Shown: positions 42,541 through 56,024 of the stretch, piece by piece
How positions within the stretch are numbered: the first letter of the stretch is position 1
Layout of the letters: each line of letters starts with the position of its first letter
Program-made: the position numbers and the translations under genes
Assembly (NCBI GenBank): GCA_964016885.1
Contig: OZ024741.1
Coordinates: 45,818,001 to 45,882,000 of the forward strand
Reading direction: 5' to 3'
Length of the DNA: 64,000 nt
Source of the DNA: Eledone cirrhosa
Taxonomy: Eukaryota
Notes under the pieces: model-generated
Seen by the model: the letters and a program-made list of their open reading frames with translations, nothing else
Databases searched by the model: none
What the model was told of the DNA's origin: nothing

Positions 42541-42626
<86 letters not shown>

Positions 42627-42639
42627 GTATATATGTTAT

Positions 42640-42671
<32 letters not shown>

Positions 42672-43076
42672 TGCCCACACATACATTACATATATGTATT
42701 ACATACAAAATTTAAAGCAAATATATTTGTAAATTCTAATTGCAAGATTCAAAATTATTTATCCATTCTTAATTAAATTTGCATAACTATAGACTTTGTT
42801 TTGATTTAGCTTTCCTTTCCATTTATTTTTCGCAAAAGCCATTTTAAATTAAACATAATTAGACATAAGTTTAGCAGATTGAATTTGTCGTTGTTTTTGT
42901 TGTTGTTGTTGTTATTTATTATCATGACAGATTAATTTTGCTCTTAGATTTAACGTATAATTAAGTCTAGGTATCAATAAACTTCATTAAGACACGTAAA
43001 ATATAAAACATAATGGCTACACAGACACAAGTTTGATACAAACGTAATAGCGGTTTCTAACCATCAAAATCTAAAG

Positions 43077-43222
43077 CAGGCATGGGTAACATTTTCGAGC
43101 ACTGGGCCGCATAGGATGTGGCGCGTCAGAATCCGGGCTACACTACTAAAAACATTCAAGGCAATTTTGAAATTAGACGTGCCATTCAGAAAGCCAAACG
43201 TGCAGCAGTTTGTCCATGACTG
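43077..43222. mobile_element. hAT (Charlie-like) MITE
   Basis: TIRs caggcatgggtaac and gtttgtccatgactg; exact 8-bp TSD ATCTAAAG at 43069-43076 and 43223-43230. Confidence 0.85.
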
Positions 43223-43517
43223 ATCTAAAGCAATATATTTCCGCTGAGATTAATGTTATTAATCGAAGTAACAACCATTAGTATATGCCCACAGTTTCTT
43301 TTCTCTTTTCAACAAGAAAAACGTCAATTTATTTCGGTAGCGTAAAATTGTCGAGCCTTGAATTAAACGAATTCTCCGAAACTGCTTTGACTCTCTTTCA
43401 GGAAGTTATCGAGAGACTTAAAAATCGGAGAAAGATATGGAAAGAGAGAGATGTTTGAGCGAGATAGTGTTCTGTTCCCCATTCCTTTTAATTTCGTTAC
43501 TTTTTAAGTGGAATATA

Positions 43518-43733
43518 CGACGGTGTACTGAAACGTTCTTGGCTTTGGGTAAAGGAAAATACAGGTGGAGAAGTTAATTATGATTTTATTCAACTTATTT
43601 CCCTCTCAGATTCACACATTTATTGCAAGGGTCCTTTAGGTTTTGTAAGCACTGTAAAATGAACTTGGAAGATTGGGTCTCCAATAAAGTCTCTGTAGCA
43701 GCAATTAGCCAAGAACCTTTCAGCAACCCCTCG
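43518..43733. mobile_element. Tc1/mariner-type MITE
   Basis: ~27-bp TIRs cgacggtgtactgaaacgttcttggct and agccaagaacctttcagcaacccctcg; TA TSD on both sides. Confidence 0.8.
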
Positions 43734-44268
43734 TAACTGCACACATTTCTTAACACAATTTATGAGGAATAGATTGAAATAAAGTTCCTTTAAGTAGAGA
43801 AAACCTTTTCTGTTCTTATTCTATACTTATTGCTATCTTAATGTGGTGTAATTCGTAAGTTTATATATACTGCAAGTTTATTTGAGGAGACGTACAAAGA
43901 AATGTGAAAGTACAAACTATTCGTAAAAAAATATGAAGCAATAACTATATGTCCAATGAAAGGTTTATGTATAGACATTGTATTTAATGGATAATCAGAT
44001 ACATAATACTAAGTATCAGGCAATTATTTGATTTTTTTTACAAATATTCTTATCATTTCTAACGCGATGTGTAAAATTACTTTTTTATTTTCTCAAAACA
44101 TATTTTTTTCTTAAGATTGCTAATTCAGAAATGAATTCTAAATGGTATCGATGCCAATTTAAATATTTATTCCTTATCTTGATGGTCGTTTGTGCAGCGA
44201 ATACTAACATATACCACCCTGGAACAAATCTATTTGATAATATATATATATATAATCAAATAGATTTG

Positions 44269-44359
<91 letters not shown>

Positions 44360-44456
44360 TCAATATGTAAATATAAAAATATACACACTAACACACACAT
44401 ATATATGTGAATGTCACCCTCAATCTCAATCTCACTCCCTCTTTTTCCTTTTTTTC

Positions 44457-44506
<50 letters not shown>

Positions 44507-44527
44507 TATACATATATATACATATAC

Positions 44528-44562
<35 letters not shown>

Positions 44563-44630
44563 TATTATATATATATATATAGATAGATAGATATAAGTAT
44601 ATATTATATCTATATATATGTGTGTGTGTT

Positions 44631-44667
<37 letters not shown>

Positions 44668-45094
44668 CGGGTTTGTCTTGAACATAAATGATTTTACCTT
44701 TTATTTATTCTTTATAGTATTTACAAGATTGGATTGGGATAAGCGATAATGTTAATTCTAAAACACCATTATTATAATGTCAACAGTAAAAAAGGAATAA
44801 AAATATAATACATTTATTGCTTGTAAGTATAAATATATTTTATTTTATTTTTCATGATAACGTAATTTGATCGGAACAGAAATCCATCTAGATAATAAAT
44901 TACCCAAATATTAATGTAATTAATGGGTGAAGTAACGACTGTTTTCCGTCTTAAATCACTGCTGAATATAACACTACGTATGTCTATTTTGGTAAGGAAA
45001 TGTGGGCCAATGTGTTTGGCAAAAACATTTTTAATATTTTTGGTTGCTATCGACGATATAAGGAACTTTTCAAATCCTGCCAAGAAAACAACTA

Positions 45095-45481
<387 letters not shown>

Positions 45482-45585
45482 GTATTATGTGTGTGTGTAT
45501 GCAAATATAATTATCAGAGCTCTTTTTTCCCTACGGCTTAGTATATCTCAATTAAAGTAGTAAGTTTAATAATGGTCCTACTGGT

Positions 45586-45619
<34 letters not shown>

Positions 45620-45624
<5 letters not shown>

Positions 45625-45803
45625 ATACTTTGGGTGGGTCATGTTGCCAATAAGAAACACACGCACCAGTTGCTTTCACTTCAATTTATTATAATAAATT
45701 TAGGAATGCCACCGAAAAGAATGCTTCGAAAAGACCATAAAACGAGCAAATGCTGGTGCATGTGTTTCTTATTGGCAACATGACCCTCCCAAAGTATAAC
45801 AAT
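45620..45803. repeat. Fold-back with ~51-bp arms between (TA)n tracts
   Basis: attgttatactttgggtgggtcatgttgccaataagaaacac vs gtgtttcttattggcaacatgaccctcccaaagtataacaat. Confidence 0.85.
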
Positions 45804-45897
45804 ATCTGTTTCAACACACGTTTTCAGATAAAGAATCTTGCTAAACAAATTCAGAAATGAAATATATATATATATATATATATATTGTATGTATATA

Positions 45898-45941
<44 letters not shown>

Positions 45942-46100
45942 TATAGTTATGTATATAGTATAAACAACTATAAACAGGAAGGTCAGTAGTTTCTTATTAC
46001 CAGTAAGAGAAATAGCTCAATGTATGAACATCAGTTGTTTTACAGAGCAGTTAAATAAATAAATTCTACAATTATCAAAGTTGTGTTCAAATCGTTTAAT

Positions 46101-46150
46101 AGCTGACAATCGTTTCTTCCAAACTCTCGTTTTTGTGTCATCGGAGCATT
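46101..46150 (-). ncRNA. Degenerate pseudo-LTR hammerhead
   Basis: GCU-CCGAUGA(U4C)-..caaa..uuug..-GAAA-CGAUUG-UC-AGC. The 5' core is deleted in the ~49350 copy. Confidence 0.55.
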
Positions 46151-47459
46151 ATCAATGTTTGCACATATAATTAACCTCCTATTCAACTGAACAATAATAT
46201 AGATACATATAAATTGTGAGCAACAGTTTCGTATTTACAGGGTGGAATGGATGTGACATATATTTTACGAGAATTGTATTCAAGTTCAAATTCAAATCAA
46301 AATTAAAATTAAAATCAGAAGCACGGAGTGGAATACATGCAACAGTTAAAACAAGGGAATAGTCCAATCATTAGAGAGGCATTGAGGAAGCAGTTTTGAG
46401 AAAGGAAGAGTGCGATAACAATTCACATGCAGGCGTGTGGATAGTGTGACTGCGTAAGTCATATACATGAGAAGGAGACAAGCAAAGCAATTATGCATAT
46501 ATAGATGAATAAATACTGCAGTTGAACCAAATATGTTAATGTATTAGAATCTATTGTGAGTGTGGAATGTTGATGGTGTTCGAATTAATGTGTGTTGAGA
46601 AACATACAGTTTTTGCAGACTTTTCCATGACATATGTTGAATTAAATTTTAGTTAATGTTTATATTGAGTGTTTTAAGTTAGTTAGAGCAATGGATTGTA
46701 AATTAGTCTTAATGAATTCATATTCATAGACTATATTTAATCAACCGTTAAATTTTCAATCGTTAATTTTTGGAAGTGAATAAGGGGAGCTAATGCGTGA
46801 GGGGAGATAATTAGCTAATTAAGTTCAATTCAGTTATTAAAATTATTTGTTCTAATACACAATGCAATGTGATACCATTGGATCTCTGTTACATAACCCT
46901 GTATATTTATGCCTGATTTTAAATACAGAGTATTCTACTATCATACATTAAAGGTTTCTTTAGATTGTTATCTATTCATTACTGGACAATGTATATGTTA
47001 TGAAGGATTATACAGCTGTTAATACGTCATAATAGATATGCCATATGTGTAATAATATAATCCCTAATATAGAATGCTATTACATTTTATATTTAATTAT
47101 AAGTGTATATATACTTTATTATTATTATGTTGTGTAATTTAAGCATTTAATTATACAATTACAAATACACGCAAAGTTTATCATCACACATTACATTAAA
47201 CGTCTCTACATACCAAGTGCCAAATATCAATTACTGTATAAGATATAATTAATCTATTGTAGTTATATCACAAGGTGGTAACTCTATGTCTAATTCTAAC
47301 TGTTATTGCAGAGCATAATGTTATAGATGAATAGGAGTTGCGTAGCGGAAAGAGTTGGTCGAGGGGTTTGTGGTTGTTGGTGCTGCTAAGTCCTAGATGT
47401 GTAGTGTTAATGGTGGAGGGGAATTGAAATCTGACATTTTTGTATACTAACAGCTAGGT

Positions 47460-49160
47460 TTAAAGTTATGGAACGAGTGTCGGTACCGGTGTTGGCACGA
47501 GGAAAATGTCTCTGACTTTCTATTAAGGAGGTCTGGTTTCTAAAATATTATAGTATGGGTCTCCAGAAGGCAGAGATTACACAATTTATTCGGTGGTTTA
47601 TACGATGAGGCCCTACCTATTACTTCCCATTGCAGTGTAAATGGTCTATTCCTAGTTTTCAGAGAGTGTATGTAGCTAGATAAAGAAGTGGAGCTGGCTA
47701 GATTGTGTTGTTTGAAAGAGTGGAGGTGCGAGTTGTATCTCATCTTGAAGTTGTTCGAAGTAGAACCTATATACGTTTTAGAAGAGTTGTTTGCGTTGAC
47801 GGTGCATGAGTAGATGATGTCTTTGGTTAAGCAATTATTACCTAAGGGGCAAGTTCTATTAGTTCTACAGTTACATTTATTCTGGGTGTTAGCTTGCCGG
47901 TTCCTATGCTGTGAAGAATTCTGTTTTCTAGGGGTAGCACTAGGGTAATGATGTCTATCATTCGTATTGTTATTGATTTCATTAGTGCTATTATCATTAT
48001 TACTATTATTACTACTATTGTTTACAGGTACTAAGTTTACCTCCTGTTGTGTTTTAATTAGTTGGAAATAGTTATTAATCTTCCTTTTATTACTACTAAC
48101 TATATGGTATGCTATGTTAGGTGTGGTGGAGTACGATATTTTAATTGTATTTTTATTGATAAGGCTATGGTACTTGTGGCCGGTCGGGAAGTTTTTTTCT
48201 AAGATTGAGAAGAAAGCCTTAGGAAACTTGATAGAGACGTTTAGATTGAAAGCGGGATTGAAGAATGTATTAGTGCTCCTATTTTTGTTTATAGTATTGT
48301 TTTTTTGAGATATTTATATCCCTGTTTAAATTATTATTGTGGTGTTTACTCTGGTGCAAGTTATGTTTGGTATTAATCTTCGTCTTAGAGTTATAGTGGC
48401 TAGTGTTTTTACTATTTTTCCTCATGGCCATATTATGAGAAATAATGTTGTAACTATGTGATTTTATAGGTAGGAATTCAATCTCATTCTTATGTCCTGA
48501 TTTAGTTAAGGCCTCATTATAGTATTGTAAATTATTGTTAAATATAGTTTCATTATATGATAGATTAGAGATTCTATTAGATATTCCTTTGGTAATGGAG
48601 TTTAATATAGATTTAGGGTGGTTAGAGTTGGTGTTCATATAAATTAGTTTTTCGTTAGGTTTATGATAGGATGTGTATATTCTAGAGGCTAGGATAAGGG
48701 TAGCGTCAAGGAAGTTGACGTTTTTAGTGTTTTTATGTAAGGTGATACTTAAGTTGTAGTTTTTGAAAATTTTGTGTAACTGTTTCCTAGTTTTTTCTAT
48801 ATTAAATGTTGTATAGTCTATGAGAAGAAGCGCATCATCGGGGTATAAACCACCGTTGAGGTAGGGTAGGTTCTTATGGATTTCATTAAGTAGGTATAGG
48901 CCCACCAAATCGGTGACCTGCGCCGAGTCCGTAGATCCCATGGTTATGTCGAAGTCGTTATGCGTATCCTTGCGGGTCCATAATTGTTCTTCAAATGTAA
49001 TTATGGTTTTTCGGGCCGCAAGTATGACATCAATTTGGGATCTAGTCTGGTCACTATTGTTCATGGACATAATTAGAGCCTTATTTAATAGGATAGGGGA
49101 AATAGAGATGTAGTAAGAATTGATATCAAATTGTATGATTTTTTTATTTTTAGACTCTTT
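47460..49160 (-). pseudogene. Penelope-like RT and GIY-YIG endonuclease, disrupted
   Basis: IQFDINSYY, FDITMGSTDSAQV, GGLYPDD, NFLD, SNHP; after a frameshift FFNP, KISYSTTPN, CNCRTNRTCPLGNNC, IIY...YIG, CNLCLLE. Confidence 0.92.
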
Positions 49161-49444
49161 AAAGAGTGTATTAAAGAGGGTATTAAAGAGTGTAAAAATA
49201 AAAAAATTATACAATTTGATATCAATTCTTACTACAATTCTCGTAAAATATATGTCACATCCATTCCACCCTATAAATACGAAACTTCCTCACAATTTAT
49301 ATGTATCTATATTATTGTTCAGTTGAATAGGAGGTTAATTATATGTGCCACCAAACGAGAGTTTGGAAGAAACCATTGTCAGCTATTAAATGATTTGAAC
49401 ACAACTTTGTAAATTGTATAATTTATTTATATATATAAATATAT

Positions 49445-49589
49445 ATATTTATTAAAATAACAGACTAAAGTTTAAGCAAAGAATCGGTGCTTTCACCCTT
49501 AACGGGATCTTCTGAGTTTCAGAAGATCCCGTTAAGGGTGAAAGCAACGATTCTTTGCTTAAACTTTAATCTGTTATTTTAATAAATAT
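49445..49589. repeat. 145-bp fold-back with an HHR-like core at its centre
   Basis: Near-perfect arms; CAGAAGA-uCCC guuaa GGGu-GAAA. Helices I and III are not evident. Confidence 0.75.
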
Positions 49590-49692
49590 TTGCCCTACGG
49601 TTCTTATATATTTGATATATATTTATCCTTATCGAGCCCTCTTTGGATTTTAGTCTTCAAATTTATTATTATTACTATATATATATATATAT

Positions 49693-49893
<201 letters not shown>

Positions 49894-50689
49894 TCATAGA
49901 TTCATTGATTCTGAGACTGCCGGATATTCCCTTCACTGTCTATAGTATGCCGTATTATGTCGTATTCAAGCCTTTATTTTTATAAACATAATGAGGGGCA
50001 GGAGTGGGCTAATTGTATATCTACCGCCTTTCTTTTGGTGACATTGAGAATAGCCACGCTTATCTAGCTGTTGGAGTGTAGAACTTCAGGAAACAGACGT
50101 TGGAAGAGGTCGTGTGTTTCCTGTAGTATGGATGGCCCGGTCTTCACACGTGTGAATTGATTCTGTACATGTCTGGTCTAAGTATTGAAGGGACGGATCG
50201 AGTTTTAATGTACACATTGGCATTCTCCTTTAAGAAACACTTAGATAAGTTCAAGTAGCCATGCTTTTGTTTTTCTACGATATATTTCTCTCTGATATTC
50301 ACTTGTCTCTAAATATCCTACATATCAAATTTGACATTCGACCAACAACTTCAACCACTTGGGAATCTTTCTCTAACGAATCTAGACTAAGCTAGGAACA
50401 ACGTTCATTTTCGTCACCACATCACTTACTCATCTAAACTTAACTAGTGGTTACATTTCATCTAAACCCCCTACAACGCCACTCCATCTGCATCTTCAGA
50501 CTACAACTCCTGTTAACCTATCTCCTCATTGTATTTAAAACAAAGTAAATAAGAACGTTACTACAAGAACCCTTCGGAGGAAATCCATTTCAGCCGCTTG
50601 TATTTGCGATCTTTCTGTCATTACCATAGGTAAGGGTTGGTACGAATACCGAAATGGAGAAAGCGAATCCTGGGAAGCGTCAGGTGGAC

Positions 50690-51480
50690 GACGCTTAAAG
50701 GTTGCATATTCCCAAATCCCAAAGAGGAGGGTACGGAAGAGAACATGCTATGACAATTGGAACCTGGAACATCACAACCCTTACAGGTAAGAAGCAGGAA
50801 CTAGTGAAGGAGGCTAGATGCTACCGTCTAGATATAGTCGGGGTTTCCTCAACAAAGTTACGTGGCTCTGGTACTGTAGATTTCGATGAATTATGAATTA
50901 TGAACTGGATAACATTAGGAGGGAGGATTTGCCTATTGAAGTTGAGACTGAAAGATAAGTCTCTGTATGTAGTGCAAGTTTGTGCACCAAACAAGGAGTC
51001 CGAATACAGACCCTTCCTTGGTGAAGTCACTGCAGCCTTAGATGTAGTTAAGATTGAGTCATATATACTAATGGATGACTTCAATGCACATGTTGGAAAT
51101 GACTACCTGACGGAGAAAGGAGTGATCGGGGGGATCGCGGTCTCCCTCTAATGGCGAGGCCTTGTTAGACTTCTGTTCTAGCAATGAACACCTTCTTCCA
51201 GCACAGAGATATCCATAGATATATATATGGTATAAGGGGAATCAAGGACAGAAATCAATAATTGATTTTGTTACTGTCTCTGTTCTCTGCGATTCTGTGC
51301 TTGATATTCGTGTTGTCAACGTATCACCATGTATTTATCTGCAACTTGAAACTACCTAAAGCCATAGAAACCCACAAAACTGGCAGGTCAAGGTTGACCT
51401 ACAAGATAAAGTGGGAAGTGCTGGTTGATGAGGAAGTCAGGACCAGGTATCGAGATAGAAATGCATCGAAATTCCCGCGA
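50690..51480 (+). mobile_element. RTE-like LINE 5' fragment (APE domain), decayed
   Basis: IGTWNITTL, DIVGVSSTK, CAPN, DFNAHVG. Confidence 0.85.
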
Positions 51481-52320
51481 TAATAGTTGTTCGACAAAGC
51501 TCCACCATTCAACAATACTCGGATACTGGACGCGTGTGTGCCGAACAGTTTCATCGCACTGCGCGGATCTCCGGCAGCAATCCCATGTCTGTAGATTTTA
51601 TCTCAAACCGGTTGTGCTCCCCGATAGCACTGCTAAACCGGGGATTTCTGGAAGTCATCCATAGTCCCCGGCTAGAGGTATTTCCTGAACAGACTGATTT
51701 GTTCGATTTCGTCGGCGCCCAGAATTTCTCCGAGAATGTCGTCGCACATCATGCCACCCCACCCCCACTAGTCCTCAAATTGAACGCTAGAATAGAATTT
51801 CCAATGACCGTATTGCCCGGCTGATAGAGGGCAGTGAGCGCCTAACAGTATTCCAGATGCCTGGCGCCCACTCTCGGTGTTAGCTTGAGCTACGAACGCA
51901 ACTCATTCTAAGAGACGAGCTGCGGAGAAATTTACCTCACAAACGGTAACACCTGGTGAGCTTGTCGTCTCCGTACATGTTTGCGCACATCAGCCACGGC
52001 ATGGTCATCTCTCTTTAGTAGACTGCCACCTTAAAGGAATATGTCCCTTTCACAAAAGATTGAATAGCAGGCGCTTCATTTGTTGAAGTGTGGACGGGTC
52101 AAGTTATGACGCTCAGACGGTAATAATTGACGGACGTGGTGTACGCGTTCGCCACCTCCACCCGATATTTCAGGGATAGCTTACTCTCGATCCATTCCTA
52201 GTTGAGAGTGCCACCCTGCTAGTTACATCGTCCCAGTTCTCATCCATTTGCAGTTCAGGACGAAACATTCTCCCGAGCAACTTCAGCGCTGTCGGGACGT
52301 AGACAGCCACCAGTCTCAAC
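51480..52320 (-). mobile_element. Highly diverged Tx1 ORF2 C-terminal fragment
   Basis: Minus strand ~51585-51635 translates as QCYRGAQPV*DKIYRHG, compared with QCYRRALPVRDKLYRHG in the main Tx1. Confidence 0.7.
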
Positions 52321-52346
52321 TATTGGGGTATTTTATTATCATTTTA

Positions 52347-52548
52347 TCGGTAGAGGGTCGGACGCAATGCTTTGCAGCAAACAGTTACGGCCCTTTATGA
52401 TCTGAGTTCAAATCCCGCCGAGGTTAACTTTGCCTTTCATCCTTATGGGGTCGATAAAATAAAGTACCAGTCACGCGCTGGGGTCTATTTAATCGGATTT
52501 CCCCTCCCCCAAAAGTGCTGGCCTTGTGCCTATATAAGAAACCATTGT
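52347..52548 (+). mobile_element. Deu/Nin-type SINE
   Basis: Same B-box and central domain. Further partial copies at ~53238-53385 (+), ~60608-60690 (-) and ~2590-2680 (-). Confidence 0.85.
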
Positions 52549-52683
52549 ATATTGTTATCTTTTTCATTTGTTTACACGTTTTCATTTTTTTATAAATCCT
52601 CACAGACCCTGCCTTTTGTATCGTCATACAAGTTTCACCCCTTGTGGCCAATATAAAGAAAGAATTATTATTGTTGTTGTTCC

Positions 52684-52714
<31 letters not shown>

Positions 52715-53632
52715 CTTCTTCTTCTTCTTCTTCTTCTTCTTCTTCTTCTGTGGCTTCTTATTGTTGTTGTTATTGTTGTTGTTGTTGTACTAGGTGAAGT
52801 AAACAGTTTTTAATGGTACATCATATATTAGTAGTTGTTTATTCAAAACTCGTATATCTGCTGCTCGTCAAGATGGCCTCCTCCAGAGAAGAAAAGGAAG
52901 AATAACTCAAATTCTTGCTACTTTCATTTTTTACTATATATATTTTTTTTACTTATCGATTTTTGTTTCTCATATATTTCCTTTAATACAACTCCGACAT
53001 TACCTGTAACAGATTTTTTAAACTAAAGAATTTGGTACTTCGTTGAATTCAATGTTAAGTGACTATATATATTATATTTGTGTGTGCGTGTGTGTGTGGA
53101 TACATAATACACACAGACACACACACACACACACAGATATCTACAGTTGTTGTTCATAAAAGTGGTGTGTTTTTTCCTCCTTTGTGTGTTACGCCACAAG
53201 TAGTTTTGTACGCCTGTATGTAAATGCATTGGCATCAGATAGGCAGAGTCGTTAGAACGGCACCTAGAATGTGTTGCGGTATTCGTTTCGGCTCTCTGTT
53301 CTCTAAGTTCAAATCCCGCCAAAGGGCAAATTGGCCTTCATCGATTTGAGGCTGATAAAAAAGGACCAGTGAAGTACTGAGCTCGATCTCTTCATCTATA
53401 TCCATTTGTCACTTCTATACTTTCACTCTCTATCTCCTTTTCTGGAAGAAATTTGCTATATTTAGACATGGTCAGGTTTGAGCTCCGCCAAGTTTAAAAT
53501 TGCCCTAAAAATGCTAAATGTCAATACGGTACCCCCTTGACTCGCTTATGTAAATGCATCCTTGTATATTTGTATATATATATATATATATATATACAAG
53601 TATATATATATATATATATGTATGTGTGTGAG

Positions 53633-53674
<42 letters not shown>

Positions 53675-53924
53675 AGTATATATATATATGTATGTGTGTG
53701 TATCAATATGTATATGTGCATAAAATATGTATAAATGTATATACATATATATATATACGTACATATATATGTATATAAAAGTGTATATATATATGTGTGT
53801 GTGTGTGTGTGTTTCAATACATACATATACTCAAAACATCCGCATCCATACATCCACAATGAGATCCATACCTGCACACACACACACACACACATACGCA
53901 TGCAGGCATATATACTTAATTGAC

Positions 53925-54200
53925 GTTCTTTATATTCCAATGCATTGCACAGTGTTTTGGCCACTACATCATGACTCATAGGTAGATAGTACCGCGATGA
54001 TATCTTTGGACAGCTGCTGATGACATGGGTGATATCCTCGATGTTAGTTCCGCAGAGTCTGCACTTGTTATCACATCTAGGTGTTTTGCCTGCATCCCTA
54101 TCTCTTTTGTAAATCAGGTATTTTGTGTTAATCTCCTGTTCTTGGATTGCAAAAGCGTATCCTTCAAAGTGGGAGCCAATATAGCGATTGTTGGTCCAAG
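53925..54200 (-). mobile_element. R4/Dong-like Zn-finger region fragment
   Basis: [17 protein letters not shown]...[37 protein letters not shown], adjacent to (TATG)n. Confidence 0.85.
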
Positions 54201-54469
54201 ATAGACTACTTTGTTTATCTATATTACTCTATATGTATGTATATATGTATGTACGTATGTATATATGTATGTATGTGTGTATGTATGTATGTATGTATAT
54301 ATATGTATGTATGTGTGTATGTATGTATGTATGTATATATGTATGTATGTGTGTATGTATGTATGCATGTGTACGTACATATGTATGTATATATGTATGT
54401 ATGTATGTATTTATGTATGTACGTACGTACGTATGTATGTATGTGTACGTACATATGTATGTATGTATG

Positions 54470-54503
<34 letters not shown>

Positions 54504-54698
54504 TGTATGTATGTATGTACGTACGTACGTATGTATGTATGTAAATCGAATGACAAGCAGATGCAAGATGATTGGTAGCTGTATGAATGGTAGATTTTTC
54601 AAGATAGATAAATAAAGAAGATAAAATGTAATAAAATATGAATTATTTCAAGGTTGAAAAGGTTGTTTTAATTTTCTTTACCTATATATTTATATATA

Positions 54699-54765
<67 letters not shown>

Positions 54766-54856
54766 CGAAGGAAATGTGGTAAGGAACCAGGTGGACCATA
54801 ACGCACCAAAGTACTCAATACTTGAGGTAGTAGAGTGGGTAATAGGAACCAGTAAG

Positions 54857-54950
54857 ACCCCGACGGCTGAGCTCAAGCCGTTTCGACGGCTAATTCTGGA
54901 CTAAATGAAAATTTATCCTGGTATTTAAATAGCCGATCTTCTCAAGGGGT
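54857..54950 (-). ncRNA. Type I hammerhead ribozyme with U3-A8 core variant (mirror copy on plus strand at 57629-57722)
   Basis: ACCCC-UUGAGAA-GAuCGGCUA...UAGCCGUC-GAAA-CGGCU ugagcuc AGCCG-UC-GGGGU. All three helices pair. Confidence 0.8.
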
Positions 54951-56024
54951 AATTCCATATATGGTCAAAGTGATTGTCAAAAATCAGTAGTAATTCTGTG
55001 GTTGCAAATTAGTAGGGGAGATGGTGGCTAAACCTGCCAGTAGGATAAAGAGGGGAGGGGGTGGAGTAGACCCAATCCTAGCGTTGGTAGTGCCAGCTAC
55101 AGCTGGGCATGAGGTCAAAGAAGATACAGGGGAGGGGGAGGGGGAGGAAGTCGGAACGGTAGGTAGAACAATGGGGGGTAGAAATATAGGAAGGAAAAAA
55201 TACTGAGAGTGAAGAAAAAAGTAAAGTAAATTAAATTCTACGACCTAGGTGTCAGGCTATTGTTAGGCTAGAATAAAATAAAGAAAGAAAGAAAGAAGTA
55301 AATAAATAAATAAAGAAATAACGAAATAAGTAAAAGAACTAGGTGGGACGGGATAGGCAAAGACCCTTTTAAGAGGTATAAGTACGTAAATGATACGGTG
55401 ACGGGTCAACAAAAGGGGCCAAAATACTAAAGAGACTACCACGAAATAAACAATAAAGGTTTCCATCCCGGGCCAGCAACGACCCAGTGCAGCAAAGTGA
55501 ACTTGTACGAGATAATAATTCTGAGTCCCGAGAAAAATATATACTAATGCTAACTCTAAAAGATCTAAAACAAGCTACATGAAAGTTCGTACGAAATAAA
55601 GGTAGAATACGGAGAAATAAATTCAGAATCCACCCCGCCCAGAAGAAAAGCGAAGCAAGAAATACTGAAACGAAAAAATAAGGCATAAGTGCCACTAAGA
55701 AATATAGAGGGCACAGAGAATAGTGGGAGCGGTCGGAAAGAGGGGGCAAGTATCCGGGGTCTAAGCCAACTGCTATAAAGGGCGGAGTCCGCCAAATCTA
55801 TCATAGACTAGGGGAGGGGGTGGTGGGGGTACTAAGGCTACATGGGGCCAAAGGGCAGCCTCGTGTGGGCGAGAAAAGACGCCGACAAAGGAGAAGAGCT
55901 GGGGTAGAAGGACAAAGGAGAGAGGGGGGAAGGAAATAAAGGAAGCGATAAAAGAATACAAAGAAGATCTTACGTCTTCCTTGGCAAGCAGGGGTTACCC
56001 ATTGCAAAATCGGCAAGTGGGGTG

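Larger units (their letters stand above)
45945..49440 (-). mobile_element. 5'-truncated Penelope-like element (Naiad-like) with inverted pseudo-LTR
   Basis: 46067-46278 is the reverse complement of 49233-49419. RT-GIY-YIG remnant lies between them. TA-rich flanks. Confidence 0.85.
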
